NCBI RefSeq assembly: GCF_006345805.1 | Contig: NC_043011.1 | Coordinates: forward strand, 10,230,001-10,294,000 | Reading direction: 5' to 3' | Source of the DNA: Octopus sinensis | Taxonomy: Eukaryota | DNA length: 64,000 nt | Part shown: piece after piece, positions 1 to 12,781 of the stretch | Position numbering within the stretch: position 1 is the first letter of the stretch | Layout of the letters: each line of letters begins with the position of its first letter | The notes under the pieces: generated by a model | What the model was told of the DNA's origin: nothing | The model's database searches: none | Seen by the model: only the letters and a program-made list of their open reading frames with translations | Program-made: the position numbers and the translations under genes

Positions 1-960
1 TACAGAGAGGGGGTTGTTTATCTGACACCCTAACTGCTCCTACACCCATCTAACAACAACAACTGCAGCAACATCATCATCAGCAGCAGCAGCATGAAGG
101 ATCTAAGAAGAAAAGATGGATGTGAAATTCATTATAATTGTATGAGTTACAGTTGCCTAATTTCAGTTCCAGGATGGAAAGGTGTTTGGAAAATTTGTAA
201 ATAATTTTACAAACAGGATGTAAAATGACATTTTGTTAATTAATATCAAGTGCAGAATTAATTTGGTAAATGATTAAACTATTTCTTTGACAGTTATAAT
301 TTTTTTCTAATGTTCACTGTTAATTAAGAGAACCAAATTGTTAATGAATTTTTATAACATCTGTTTTACATTATGGACGTACCTCCACTTATCTGTTTAA
401 ATAAGGAATTGTGTTTACTTCTGGTAATTACTGCAAGCTGTAGTGTTTTGGACATCACCCTTATGGCTTAATATATCAGTCACCATTCATTGGCCAAGGC
501 ACTGTATTAATTATTGGCAGTAGGATGCAATTTTATATAACAGCTCCAGAAGCTTTCAGAACTGAGTCTAAATCTTGCCTGGAATAGAATGGTATTTCTG
601 AGTCCTGTTAGCCCCACTCTTCACAAGCGAACAAGCCTTGTAGTGTAGGAAGCCTCTGAGAAACAGATAAGAGAGGTATTTGTGGTGGAAACATTCCACT
701 GAAATTATGACCAATCCTTCTTCATCATCAACATCCCACAATTAGATGACAACAAATACAAGACATAATCAACTGCTGATATCTACAGCTTCTCCCAGGT
801 AAACCCTATTTACTTCTATTCCCCGCTCTTTAATGTGACCCCTACTTTACCATGGCACTAAACTCAAACACTACAAGTTATTTCAATAAAAAAATTATAC
901 TTTTTCTAAGTACTTTCCAGTATTTACTTTCAATACCATATGCTGTTTTAAGTTTGAATC

Positions 961-1431
961 CTGCCAGAGAGGTAAACGACTAGAATCCTTCGATCACCTC
1001 TGTCTACGCTGCATTCTTCATGTCCGATGGCATCACTTTGTCTGCAACAATTCGGTGCAACACCAGTGTAAAATCACTTCCCTCCGACAAGTCATCCTAA
1101 CGAGACGTCTGCATTGGCTGGGTCATGCCCTCCATTGTCAACTAGGAGAATTCATCTATGAAGCAATTGCCCCAGCTTCCCCTCAGGGTTGGCGAAAATG
1201 ATGTGGAAGACAATAAAAAACCTGGCTGATGACAGTCAAGGCTGATCTGGAACCCAACCTAGGCACCCATGTCTACGGCATTCGTCACTGGAATAGGAAT
1301 TGGTTGGAGATCACACGGTCGTTAGCCTCAAATTGCCAGGCCTGGTCTATGTTTGTGAGAGATGCAGCATTGAGGATGAATGAAGCCAGCTCAACCCACC
1401 CCGGGTGAATGCTGTCTCAAGACAAGAAGAA
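961..1431 (+). mobile_element. RTE-clade LINE, 5'-truncated 3' fragment (decayed)
   Basis: Hand translation from 974: KRLESFDHLCLRCILHVRW...RRLHWLGHALH...GWRK*CGRQ*KTWLMTVKADLEP...WNRNWLEITRSLASNCQAWSMFVRDA...STHPG*. This is the typical RTE ORF2 C-terminus (RRLxWxGH, KTW, W..LA..R..W). It has two in-frame stops and ends in a short CAAGA-type tail. Confidence 0.85.
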
Positions 1432-1827
1432 CACAGAGCGATGAAAAAAATTATTCCTAATATTTAACTGCAAGGACCCACATAAACATTTCTATTGTTA
1501 AATCCATTCCTCGTTAAGGTTCATTAATCATAAAGTATTAGACTGATCTTTCCTCTCATTATCTTCATGAAATAGGATATTTTTCTTAAAAGCAAATAGA
1601 CTCTTTGAAATATCAAAAGAAACCATTATGAGCCACCAATATTGCCAAAATCACAACAAAGACTCATCTTTTTTTTGTTACCAACCAATGTTGGAATGAG
1701 AAATAAGAAAGTCTTTAAGGAGATTAAATGAACATTCATTTGGAACAAAACCAAATTGGCTGACCATATTAAGGCATTACATGATATTGTAGCACCATGG
1801 TAGAATACAGAAATGTTTGTAATATAT

Positions 1828-4105
1828 CATCATCATCATCATCATCATCATTTAGCGTCCGTTTTCCATGCTAGCATGGGTTGGACGGTTCAACTGGGGT
1901 CTGGGGAGCCCGAAGGCTGCACCAGGCCAGTCAGATCTGGCAGTGTTTCTACAGCTGGATGCCCTTCCTAACGCCAACCACTCCGAGAGTGTAGTGGGTG
2001 ATTTTATGTGCCACCGACACAGGTGCCAGACGAGGCTGGCGAACGGCCACGCTCGGATGGTGTTTTTATGTGCCACCGACACAGGTGCCAGACGAGGCTG
2101 GCAGACGGCCACGCTCGGATGGTGTTTTTATGTGCCACCGACACAGGTGCCAGATGAGCTGGCGGACGGCCACGATCGGATGGTGTTTGTTACGTCCCCA
2201 AAGCACGGAGGCCAGTCTATGCGGTACTGGCTACGGCCACGTTCGGATGATTTTCTTGTGTGCCACCGGCACTGGTACCACAAAGATACTAATTCCATTG
2301 ATGTTCATCTATTTTGATTTGTTTTTTGATTTGATTTATTTTCACTTGCCTCAACAGGTCTTCACAAGTGTCACAAGAAGGAAGGTATGCACAGGTGGAC
2401 TGACTATGTCCCAGGTAGGGGCCACGGGTTATGGCCTGACTAGTCTTGCCGGTTCTTCGGATGTGGTTTTTTATGTGCCACCGACACAGGTGCCAGATGA
2501 GGCTGGCGAACGGCCACGATCGGATGGTGTTTGTTGCGTGCCCACAGCACGGAGGCCAGTCGATGCGGTACTGGCTACGGCCACGTTCGGATGGTTTTCT
2601 TGTGTGCCACCGGCACTGGTACCACAAAGATACAAATTCTATTGATGTTCATCTATTTTGATTTTGATTTTGATTTTGATTTTCACTTGCCTCAACAGGT
2701 CTTCACAGGTCTTCACAAGTGTCACAAGAAGGAAGGAAGGTATGCACAGGTGGACTGACTACGTCCCAAGTAGGGGCCACGGGTTATGGCCTGACTAGTC
2801 TTGCCGGGTCTTCGGTTGGTGTTTTTATGTGCCACACACGGACACAGGCCAGATGAGGCTGGCGGACGGCCACGATCGGATGGTGTTTTTTATGTGCCCA
2901 CATCACAGAGGCCAGTCGATGCGGTACTGGCTACGGCCACGTTCGGATGGTTTTCTTGTGTGCCACCGGTACTGGTACCACAAAGATACAAATCCATTGA
3001 TGTTCATCTATTTTGATTTGGTTTGATTTGATTTGATTTGATTTTGATTTTCACTTGCCTCAACAGGTCTACACAAGTTTCACACACTTGCCTCAACAGG
3101 TCTTCACAAGTGTCATAAGTAGGAAGGTATGCACAGGTGGACTGACTACGTCGCCGGGTCTTCGGATGGTTTTTTATGTGCCGCCACGACACAGGTGCCA
3201 GATGAGGCTGGCGAACGGCCACGATCGGATGGTTTTCTTGTGTGCCCCGGTACTGGAACCACAAAGATACAAATTCCATTGATGTTCATCTATTTTGATT
3301 TGGTTTGATTTTCACTTGCCTCAACAGGTCTTCACAAGTGTCACACGTGTCACACACTTGCCTCAACAGGTCTCCACAAGTGTCACACACTTGCCTCTGC
3401 CTCAACAGGTCTTCACAAAGTGTCATACACTTGCCTCTGCCTCAACAGGTCTTCACAAGTGTCACACACTTGCCTCAACAGGTCTTCACAAGTGTCATAA
3501 GAGGGAAGGTATGCACAGGTGGACTGACTACGTCGCCGGGTCTTCGGATGGTGTTTTTATGTGCCACCGACACAGGTGCCAGATGAGGCTGGCGAACGGC
3601 CACGATCAGATTTTGTTTGTTGTGCCCACAGCGCGGAGGCCAGTCGATGCGGTACTGGCTACGGCCACGTTCGGATGGTTTTCTTGTGTGCCACCGGTAC
3701 TGGAACCACAAAGATACAAATTCCATTGATGTTCATCTATTTTGATTTGGTTTGATTTTCACTTGCCTCAACAGGTCTTCACAAGGGTCACACACTTGCC
3801 TCAACAGGTCTCCACAAGTGTCACGCACTTGCCTCTGCCTCAACAGGTCTTCACAAGTGTCACACACTTGCCTCAACAGGTCTTCACAAGTGTCATAAGA
3901 GGGAAGGTATGCACAGGTGGACTGACTACGTCGCCGGGTCTTCGGATGGTGTCTTTATGTGCCACCGACACAGGTGCCAGATGAGGCTGGCGAACGGCCA
4001 CGATCGGATGGTGTTTGTTGTGCCCACAGCACGGAGGCCAGTCGATGCGGTACTGGCTACGGCCACGTTTGGGTGGTCTCTCTTGTGTGCCACCGGCACT
4101 GGTAC

Positions 4106-4108
<3 letters not shown>
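1828..4108 (-). mobile_element. RTE LINE 3'UTR-derived element with (GAT)n tail, internally amplified into a tandem array
   Basis: (CAT)n at 1828-1851 is followed by the reverse complement of the terminal segment that ends the RTE copies at 20831-21603 and 42890-44220. The array shares GAAGACCTGTTGAGGCAAGTGAAA with 21053-21076. Confidence 0.85.
1999..4108. repeat. Compound tandem array: about six 350-400 bp units containing ~62-bp and ~27-bp subrepeats and a GATTT(T) microsatellite
   Basis: The block TTTATGTGCCACCGACACAGGTGCCAGATGAGGCTGGCGAACGGCCACGATCGGATGG opens units near 2467, 2821, 3170, 3555 and 3950 (three consecutive copies at 1999-2182). CACACTTGCCTCAACAGGTCTTCACAAGTGT is reiterated in the later units. 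Confidence 0.95.
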
Positions 4109-4145
<37 letters not shown>

Positions 4146-6864
4146 TAATCAAGAGCACAGTTATAGAGGTGGTACATAACACAATATAGCACTATATAGT
4201 TGTACATATTACACCCAACATAGGTGGTTTGGGTGGTTTATAACAGATGAGAGTAATATAGTTGGAATATAATACTTAACAGAGCAATATCATGTGGAAT
4301 CGATGCTAGACAGGTCGAAACAATTGTAGTGATCAATAAACATTCTCATATCTTTCATCTTCCATCTCTCTCTCATTAATCAAATATATATATATATATA
4401 CTGGGCGCAGCACTAAGCAGTGATGTATATAAATACAAACGTGTCAATTCATATATGCTTGAGGCATATTTGAACCCATATGAAATCCATTACCTGCATA
4501 CCTCAGGCATGTTTGAACTGGTAATAAAAGTGTGTGTGTGTGTGTGTAATACACACAGCAGTAATTACAAAAGCTTTACAAACTTCAGTTAAAACTAAGG
4601 GCAATTGCTTAACCTTCCCAAAATATCAACCAAATCTTCCTCAAATTACACTCTACCATCTTAAAAACAGAAAGAGATGGGATAATGTATTCCTAGATAT
4701 ACTTATGCCTGAATTAAAGGTAGGATGGTCTCAAACAGAGTTGACCTGATGGCTAAACTATTGTTGCTAATAAGAATTCCATTTAATTGTTTTTCCATAA
4801 AACAATTTTACTGGAGAAAATAACGACCAATTAAATTAAGTCTTTTCATCAACAAACCTCCCACCACCACCAACTAGTCTTTTCTCTCGGATTCACATTT
4901 TATGTCAGACAAATTGCAATCATTTGTTATAAATTTTTTCTGTTTTCTGTTGAATAAACTGAGAGCTGTACGGCCAGTTGAGATAAACCATCATCATCAT
5001 CACCAACAACAATAATGGGTGATTATCTCAATGATCATGATAAAGCAAGGAAGAGAACACTTATTTTGAAAGCAGGATACATAACTGTGAGGCAAATTGG
5101 TGGCATTACAGGGAAATAATATAGAATCACTGGAATAGAGTACAATTTTATCCCCAATAATCCATTGAGATATTGATGTCAAATTGAAAGGAATCAATAG
5201 AGCCAATGTCAAATCTAGTTTACAGAAATCCACATCAAAAGAGATGGTCATTTTAAACTGAAGTGGAAAGTAAACCAGATGAAATACAGCGAAATATTCA
5301 CAACTTGATAATAATTGCTACCTTTAACTTCTGCCCCTCTGGAAGTATTCCTTCAACTTATTGAAGCTGCAGATACTTTTCCTGAGATCAAGAAACCAGA
5401 TTGGAATATGATCTCCAATATGTATTGATCAACCCACAAATGTTTGATCAGTTACCTCCATGCCTTGTGTCTACTCCAGCAAATTTAGCTGGGGTCATCC
5501 CACCACACCTCCATTCCTATTTCGGCATTAACCTATGCTTGTTGTTTTCAAACAATGTCAAGTGTTCACAGTCATCTCTTCAACACTTCAGCTGTAATAT
5601 ATTTCTCTTAAAAATTTCTTCTTGGGCAAATTGCTAAGGCAATCACAATATTGGACTTTGGATGAAATCTGAAGCTGAAATCAAGAGGATGACACAAAAG
5701 GAGGAAAGGTCTGAATAAAGAGAGACTGATGTATTGTTTCATATTCCATTTCATATTTCACGATCAGGCAAAGAAGAAAACATCAAATAGAGCGGGCATG
5801 GTTAGCCAAAAACATCCAGGAGTTTGGGGTACAAGGACACTCCATTTGTTATGCCAAACTGAGGGCAGTGTCTTAGAATGGCCACAACTCAAAGGCTGAA
5901 ACCAGTAAAGAGTTTAAATGATTGAAAGAATTTATCAAAATAATTATCGTATTAAACTGGGCAGGGGAAACCCCAGTAAAAATAATCAAGTGCTCAACTA
6001 AAGATATTCATTCAGGGGCTATGTTGTCCCTATTACATCTTTAATGATAATTTATCAAGAAGAATTAGGAAGTAAAATTTTGCAGAAAACAAATGTACTT
6101 TTGTACTAATTGAATGTACTAATTGAATCAACGAATGTTTTGATTTGAGAGAGCCAGACCAGTTGTGGAGGTCATGGCTGGGTGCAAAACTGGGAATAGA
6201 GTGATCTAATTGACATTGTTCTTGAATAGTTACAAGTTGGTAGCTGAAAGAGGGATAAAAAAAGGGGTTCAGAGAAAGACTTCCAGTGGGATGAAGTTCT
6301 GAAGAGGAAAGCTTGGATGTAGTGGTTAGTACAGGGAGTAGTGATGAGAGTGTGTGAGAAGGGCCTGAGTATAAGTGATTCAAGATGAAGCAACTCTGAG
6401 AAACAGAGGCCAGTATAGTAGCAGTAAGAAAAAAAAAAAGAGCAGACAGTGTGTACAAGATTGGGCAGGGGTCTGGGTGGGTCAGTGGTCAATCTCTCTC
6501 AGATGGCTTTTTTTTTCACTTTAAGGTATTTCTATGTGGTAAATACAATAATGTGTAACCACGAATGTGTTTAAACGAGAGAAACCAGTACATTTAACAC
6601 ATCAGGGCTTGAACTTGGAATGTAAGCTGTTAAATAATCTCAGTTAATCCAAAGCTTGGTTATTGACACTCATCTACCATTTCTAGTATTGTTGTGGCTA
6701 AAGATTGTACAAGGAACAAAACTGAGGAGAATAACTCATGAGAATTACAAATCATCATCATCATCATCACCTCAGGCTGAGTGAATATACATACATACGT
6801 AAAGACATACATACTAGTTCTGTGAGCTGGTGAGTGGTAACATTGGTGAGAAAGAGCACGAGAT

Positions 6865-6899
<35 letters not shown>

Positions 6900-7974
6900 T
6901 ATATATATACATATACACACACATTTTTGGTGGGTGAGGGCTAAGGCTACCATTGGTTTCATGTTAATGGAAGTCCTTCAACAATTATCTAACCTATCGC
7001 ATGGAATATTGGTGTTAATCTCCAATTTGGAAGACAAACTCTGATGTTCCATGTGACAGGCTTCATAAATGTTGAGGAATTTCCCTTAGCATGAAACCAA
7101 TGGTATCCATAAATAGACATTGTTCAATATCAACATACCCACACAACACAGATACCTCTCAGAGTATATTCCAATTAGTCTTAACAATGTATTTTTCACC
7201 AAAAATGCTCAACAAATATTCACATATAATTATGAGTATATGGAGCTATGACACCCCAAGGAGAAAACATAGGCAGAAACAGTTAACCTTTAATACACCA
7301 CATAGAAGAAATATGGGTAGGCTTATTTCATAGCAAGCCTTTCACTAATAAAAGTTCTGTCTCTCGGCAGGAAGTGGAAAAGACAGAATCTCCAAAAAGA
7401 GCCACAACAAATTTCTTTGTCTTTAACTGATTTCTATAAAAGAATTTTTTAGTTTCATCGATATTCCCAAGAATTCAGTCTCTCTTCTCTTTCCCCCACA
7501 CACTCCTACGCACCAACTCAGATATTTTCCATAGTGAACATCCACAATAACCATCATCAACAAACTCCCATTCTAACGAGGACTATCACGACTGTCTAGA
7601 ATGTTCTCTCTTCTAACAGAATACCCTAACTGCCCCAAATTCCAGTCCATTCTCACTCACATTTCTTCTCCTGAGAAGGAGCTCTTCACTGCTAAAAGCT
7701 TTCCAGTGTCTAGAGCTACACCTCACAGATCTGAGAAATAAAGTAAAGCTTTCTGCAAGATATCTTAAACAATATTTGGCACCCACATTTCTACAACAAG
7801 CAAACGTTAGAATTCCAAAATTCTTTCTCATCCAAGATAACATAAGAAAAAGAAAAAGAAAAGAAATTCATGAATGGAAGAGAATAAGAAGAATATTTAA
7901 AAAAAAAAAATAGCAAGAATAAAATTTTAGTTTGGTTTGAGGGAGTTTTGGCAAGAAATGGCTTGGGTCACTCA

Positions 7975-8193
7975 GATGATGATGATGACAATGATGATGA
8001 TGATGAAGACGACGATGATGACAATGATGATGATGACGACGACGACGATGACAATGATGATGATGACGACGACGACGATGATGATGATGACAATGATGAT
8101 GATAATGAAGATGATGATGATGATGATGACGATGATGATGATGACGACAATGATGATGATGATGATGAAGACGACGATGATGACGATGGTGAT
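7975..8193. repeat. Imperfect (GAT/GAC)n trinucleotide microsatellite
   Basis: About 70 triplets of GAT/GAC with occasional AAT and GAA. Confidence 0.95.
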
Positions 8194-8846
8194 GCCACAC
8201 TATCCCACTGCTTCTCTGAGTATCGATCAAACAGACACACACACACACAATAAAAAGGCAACTGGTAGAGTTTTGGTCGTCATCAGATTAATGAAGCAAT
8301 TGTTTTGTGAACAGTGGAGCAAGTATTGAAGGTAAACATCAAATTGAGTATTGTTGTTGTTGCTGTTGTTGTTGTAGTCTGGTCTTGTGTATGGAAGGAC
8401 TGAAAGGCCATGATGACATGGAACAATGAAATAACAAGCAATACAACAAGCTGACTCCAATAAAAACACAATTAAAAAAACAAAGAAAACTAAAAGAAAA
8501 CAACTAGTTTCATTGAAATTGTTGTTATGCAGCCAAAACGTTATTTTTCCAAAGTGATGAGGCTGCTTCTTTCACCAAAATGTGGATATGGGTTCAATTC
8601 CTGTCTGTTACACGTTCACTTGAGTGAAATATCCAGGAAAAAACAAAAAAATATCAGCTGTTGGAAACTGGCCTCACCAGTTGCTTACACTTTGTAGTAG
8701 TAGTAGTAGTAGGAGGAGGAGGAGGAGGAAATGGTGGTTGTGGTGGCAGTGCACTCTGCCTGTAACTGTTTTCAGATTTGAATTAAAAGGCAATGACTCT
8801 AATGAATGCTGTAGATATAGAAGTTTGAGTGATAAGAAAGGATATT

Positions 8847-9263
8847 CATCATCATCATCGTCATTGTCGTTTAATGTCCACTTTCCATGCTGGCATGGGT
8901 TGGATGGTTTGACTGAGGGCTGGTGAGCCAGGAGGCTGCACCAGGCTCCAATCCAATCTGGCAATGTTTCTATAGCTGGATGCCCTTCCTAATGCCAACC
9001 ACTCCAAGAGCGTAGTGGGTGCTTTTTACATGTCACCGGCACAAGGACTAGTCAGGTGGTACTGGCAACAACCACGCTTGAATGCTGCTTTTTATGTGCC
9101 ACCGGCACAAGGGCCAGTCAGGTGGTACTGGCAATGACCATGCTTGAATGCTGCTTTTTACGTGCCACCGGCACAAGGGCCAGTCAGGTGGTACTGGCAA
9201 CGACCACGCTTGAATGGTGCTTTTTATGTGCCACTGGCATGAGACCAGTCAGGTGGCACTAGC
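8847..9263 (-). mobile_element. RTE 3'UTR fragment with (GAT)n tail and internal ~60-bp tandem repeats
   Basis: (CAT)n, then TTTAATGTCCACTTTCCATGCTGGCATGGGTTGG, GGATGCCCTTCCTAATGCCAACCACTCC and repeats of GTGCCACCGGCACAAGGGCCAGTCAGGTGGTACTGGCAA. Confidence 0.85.
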
Positions 9264-10627
9264 ATATGTAAGGGTGATGCCACTCAGAAATGAGTGATGT
9301 TCAGAGATATACAATGATGAGTGGTTAGGGTTATGTCACATAGACAGATGCATTGTGTGAGAGAGGAAAAGAGAAAGGTAGATAGATTGAAAGACAGATA
9401 ATTAGATAGAATAATAGGAGAAGGAGAGAGAGAGAGAGAGAGACTGGGAGAGACAGAGCTCAGAAATCCAAACTCCATTACAATAAGTGCATTGGAAAAG
9501 AGAAAGAAAATAATAGTTTAACGATGTCTGATAAGTGATGCAAGATTTCTAAATTAGACATTTTCATGTGAGAGGTAGTGAAAGGTGTTACTAATTACCC
9601 TTTTGATTCCAATCTACCTGAGACCACCCTCAGTCCTACTGGTTTCTAATTTTAAGTGATTTACATTGAAACCCTTTTCCGTCAAAACTTCATGGGAATT
9701 TATGAGCCAAACAGCAGATTAATCAATGACAAAGTTATCTTATGAAATTCCTCTTTTAATTGGAACAAAGGCAGAGTGTTTCAGTGGAAATTCCGTCGGA
9801 AAAAGGATTAAGGCTTTATGGGAAGGTGGTGGGGGAAATCAGTTTTGTGAAAATGGATCTGGTTAGCCTAAAGTATTCTTTCAACCAAGAACAAAAAGTC
9901 TTCCTTTAATTATGCTTTCAAGACAAATGTATAAGTTTTGTCGAAGGTTGAAGGGATAACGACCATGATGAAATATCAGTCCCCTTCAAACTGGTGGCAT
10001 CAATGAGGTTAATGTTCTTGTTGTTGTTATTTAGCCACAGGTCAACTCTGATCCAGAAGACTTAGAGCCAATGACCTTCCAGTTGTGACCAGCCTGTCTT
10101 AATCAGACATGAATTTAGCAGTGCACTTACCAGTCTTTTATTTAATTTTTAAAATAAGCTGAAATTTGAGGGTAATTTAGCTGCTATTCTTAGCAGGGTG
10201 AGCAGAAAATTTCAGAGAATTTTAGATGAACCAAGTGTAGTATAAGATACAGTAGGGATGAAAGGAAGTGGTCAACTAGGAGGCCATGGGTAGAGACGCT
10301 ACACAATTTGTAAGTTTAGAGGAAAGGGGGTTGTTTTAGTTGCTATAATCAGACTCCACACAAGCGAGGAACATGGATAGAAATTCTTCTGGAAAAATGA
10401 AACATGTACATCATTGGCAGAGAAATGGGTCAATAAGATGATTGAGGTAATCAGAGTAGGTGACTAAATAATTAAGTTTTCACTAATTATAGACAACACA
10501 ACAACAAATTAACGCTAAAATAAGGACTGACAGATCAATAAATGGACCATTTCTTTGAAGGGTCTCTTGTAGAGTATTTTGATAACTGTATTTGTCATCA
10601 CAGCTGATTACTTGAAAAGATAAGATA

Positions 10628-10850
10628 ATGCTACATGGCAGTGAAACGTGGGCCGTGACTGCTGAGGACATGTGTAAGCTTGCAAGGAATGAAGCCAGTA
10701 TGATCCGATGGATGTGTAATGTCAGTGTGCATACTCGACAGAGTGTAAGTACCTTGAGAGAGAAGTTGGACTTAAGAAGCATCAGATGTGGTGTGCAAGA
10801 GAGACGACTGTGCTGTTTTGGTCATGTGGCGAGAATGGATGAGGATAGCC
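10628..10850 (+). mobile_element. RTE ORF2 C-terminal fragment
   Basis: ORF 10628-10888: LHGSETWAVT...MIRWMCNVS...LREKL...RRLCCFGHVARM (RTE YGSETW and RRLxWFGHV motifs). Confidence 0.9.
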
Positions 10851-11149
10851 ACTCTGGTGTACATGGAAGTAATAAATATGGTAAATGAAAAGGAAGCAAG
10901 ACTCTTGGAGATAAGCAGCCAGTCAACCAGAAATCCAGACATCTGATCTCCTACCAATCATTAATCAAGGGGACTTCATACACACCAGGAAATGGAATAA
11001 CAGAAGGTAGGAACTCCTGACCTAAACTCTTATTACACAAGAGATGCAACAGGAGCACGGTGAAACTGACAGAGAAGAAGGACGTCATGGGAAAGAGATG
11101 CACAGGGGATGTTGCATAGGAGAAGATACAAAGTAAATTCTTTCAACTG

Positions 11150-11390
11150 CTTGGAGGGATCCCTAGAAGTTGTTGACAGAGGGATCCCATTACCTAGGTA
11201 ACCAAATCAGCAGTGGAGGATGGAGTTCTGAAACCATGGTAACCAAAGAGAGAAGTACATAGATAAAGGTCAGGGAGCCGACACCAAAGACATTTCCATA
11301 GTGAGTGAAGGGCAGACTGTATGAGGCAGTTGTATAAGGAATGCAATGATGCATGGCAGCAAAACATGAGCATTAGATGCAGGGAAGAAA
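11150..11390 (+). mobile_element. Decayed RTE ORF2 fragment
   Basis: Frameshifted LEVVD..YLGNQISSGG...VKGRLYEAV, matching the RTE V..F.YLG...KGRLY segment. Confidence 0.65.
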
Positions 11391-11669
11391 TGAGGCAAGC
11401 ATGCCCTGCTGGTTGAATGATGTAAAGGTAAATAAATGAGCAGAGATAGGTGAAGAGAAGACTACATTAGTACAGGTATGTAATTGTGAGATAGGGATTG
11501 GAGAAAGAAGCCCCAAGTGATGTAAATAGTTAGAATCTACAATAAGAGGATGACCAACATTCTTCAAGAGAATTCAAAAAGTGGCTGGAAGCTGCATTGG
11601 AAAAGTTCTTTCTAATGCAAATACAGGAAAACAGGTGATAAATAATGATATACATCGGTGTGTACATAT

Positions 11670-11990
11670 CATCATCATCATTTAACGTCCATGTTCCATG
11701 CTAGAATGGGTGGGACAGTACCACAAGAGCCTGCCAGGCCGAAGCCTGCACCAGACTTCTGTGACTGTTTTGGCAGGATTTTTACAGTTGGATGCCGTTC
11801 CTAACACCAACCACTCAGCAGAGTGGACTGGGTGCTTTTAAGTGGCACCTGCATTGACAGGGTCACCAAGTACTTACAATGCAAAAACTTTGAAGAGGGG
11901 AGGAGGCATTAATGATGAAAAGGTTATAGTGAGACAGATACAGGTGTCTTGCTGTAGAGGAAGTACAAGGTTACCTGGCCGGAGAGAGAA
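11670..11990 (-). mobile_element. RTE 3'UTR fragment (variant subfamily) with (GAT)n tail
   Basis: (CAT)n-TTTAACGTCCATGTTCCATGCTAGAATGGG...GGATGCCGTTCCTAACACCAACCACTC. Confidence 0.8.
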
Positions 11991-12720
11991 AGATCAGAAA
12001 TGAAGACAGAAACAGGTGTGCTACAGCAAAGAAAATGCACAATGCCCTACCTGAGGGAAGTGCAGGGGAAGAGAGAGGGGGAGGGAGAGGGAAAGAGTGG
12101 GGAGACAGAGTGGGAGAGCGCAGGATGGAGATGGTGGCAAAATGCCAGGCATGCTAACAAGGAACAGGGATCAGAGTATAAATGAGATGGTTGAGTAAAG
12201 GAAGAGAGAGAGATATAGATAGTGGCAAGAATATATATATATATATTATATATATATATATATATACACACACACAAATACATGTATACATTTATCAAAT
12301 ACACATAGGAAATATAAGGAGAAGATAAGAGAAACTGAATCATTTTATTTACTCTGTCTTTGAACAAATTCATTTAATTCCTGTGAAAATACAGGTTTAG
12401 TGTGTTTTATTTGAAATTCTAAATGCCAATATTTCTGTTGTTATTCCTCAAAAACCTATTCAACAACAACATGGCTGCTGATTGATGCTGCCATCCTTGA
12501 ATGCACGGAACAATCAAGTGAGAATGGAGAGGCTATTTTTAAGACGATCATCATTCATGTATTTCTTTCTCTTCAGCCGCAACAAGACTGTTACAAGTTA
12601 ATTTGATAATCAGAGCAAATAAAGAAAGTCTTTTGTAATCCCTTGGATATAAGTTGCATCTTCAGAAACTCATACTTGCATGTGCATACTTGCAAATACA
12701 TGCACAGACATAAATACACA

Positions 12721-12781
<61 letters not shown>

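Noticed and set aside
2340-2357. Hammerhead-like motifs in the tandem units (CTGTTGAG-GCAAGT-GAAA on minus; CAGATGAG..CGAAC on plus), which would suggest a retrozyme
   Set aside because: Invariant core bases are wrong (CUGAUGA is not matched) and stem II cannot form. The units are explained as RTE 3'UTR.
1852-4207. Many Cys/His/Arg-rich repetitive ORFs, and a repeat-spacer look reminiscent of CRISPR
   Set aside because: The ORFs are readings of a non-coding tandem array in all six frames. The 'spacers' are themselves repeated, the context is eukaryotic, and there are no cas genes.
6033-6458. 141-aa minus ORF with a hydrophobic start
   Set aside because: The start relies on a poly-T run, the composition is that of the antisense of purine-rich decayed repeat, and no motif is recognised.
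7560-7850. Stop-free plus-strand frame possibly from a Penelope-like N-terminus
   Set aside because: No diagnostic motif could be identified by eye; needs an HMM search.
7948-8253. Poly-Asp ORF resembling acidic biomineralisation proteins
   Set aside because: AAT nearly always follows GAC, the pattern expected from CpG deamination of a GAC/GAT microsatellite. There is no signal peptide or convincing splice structure.
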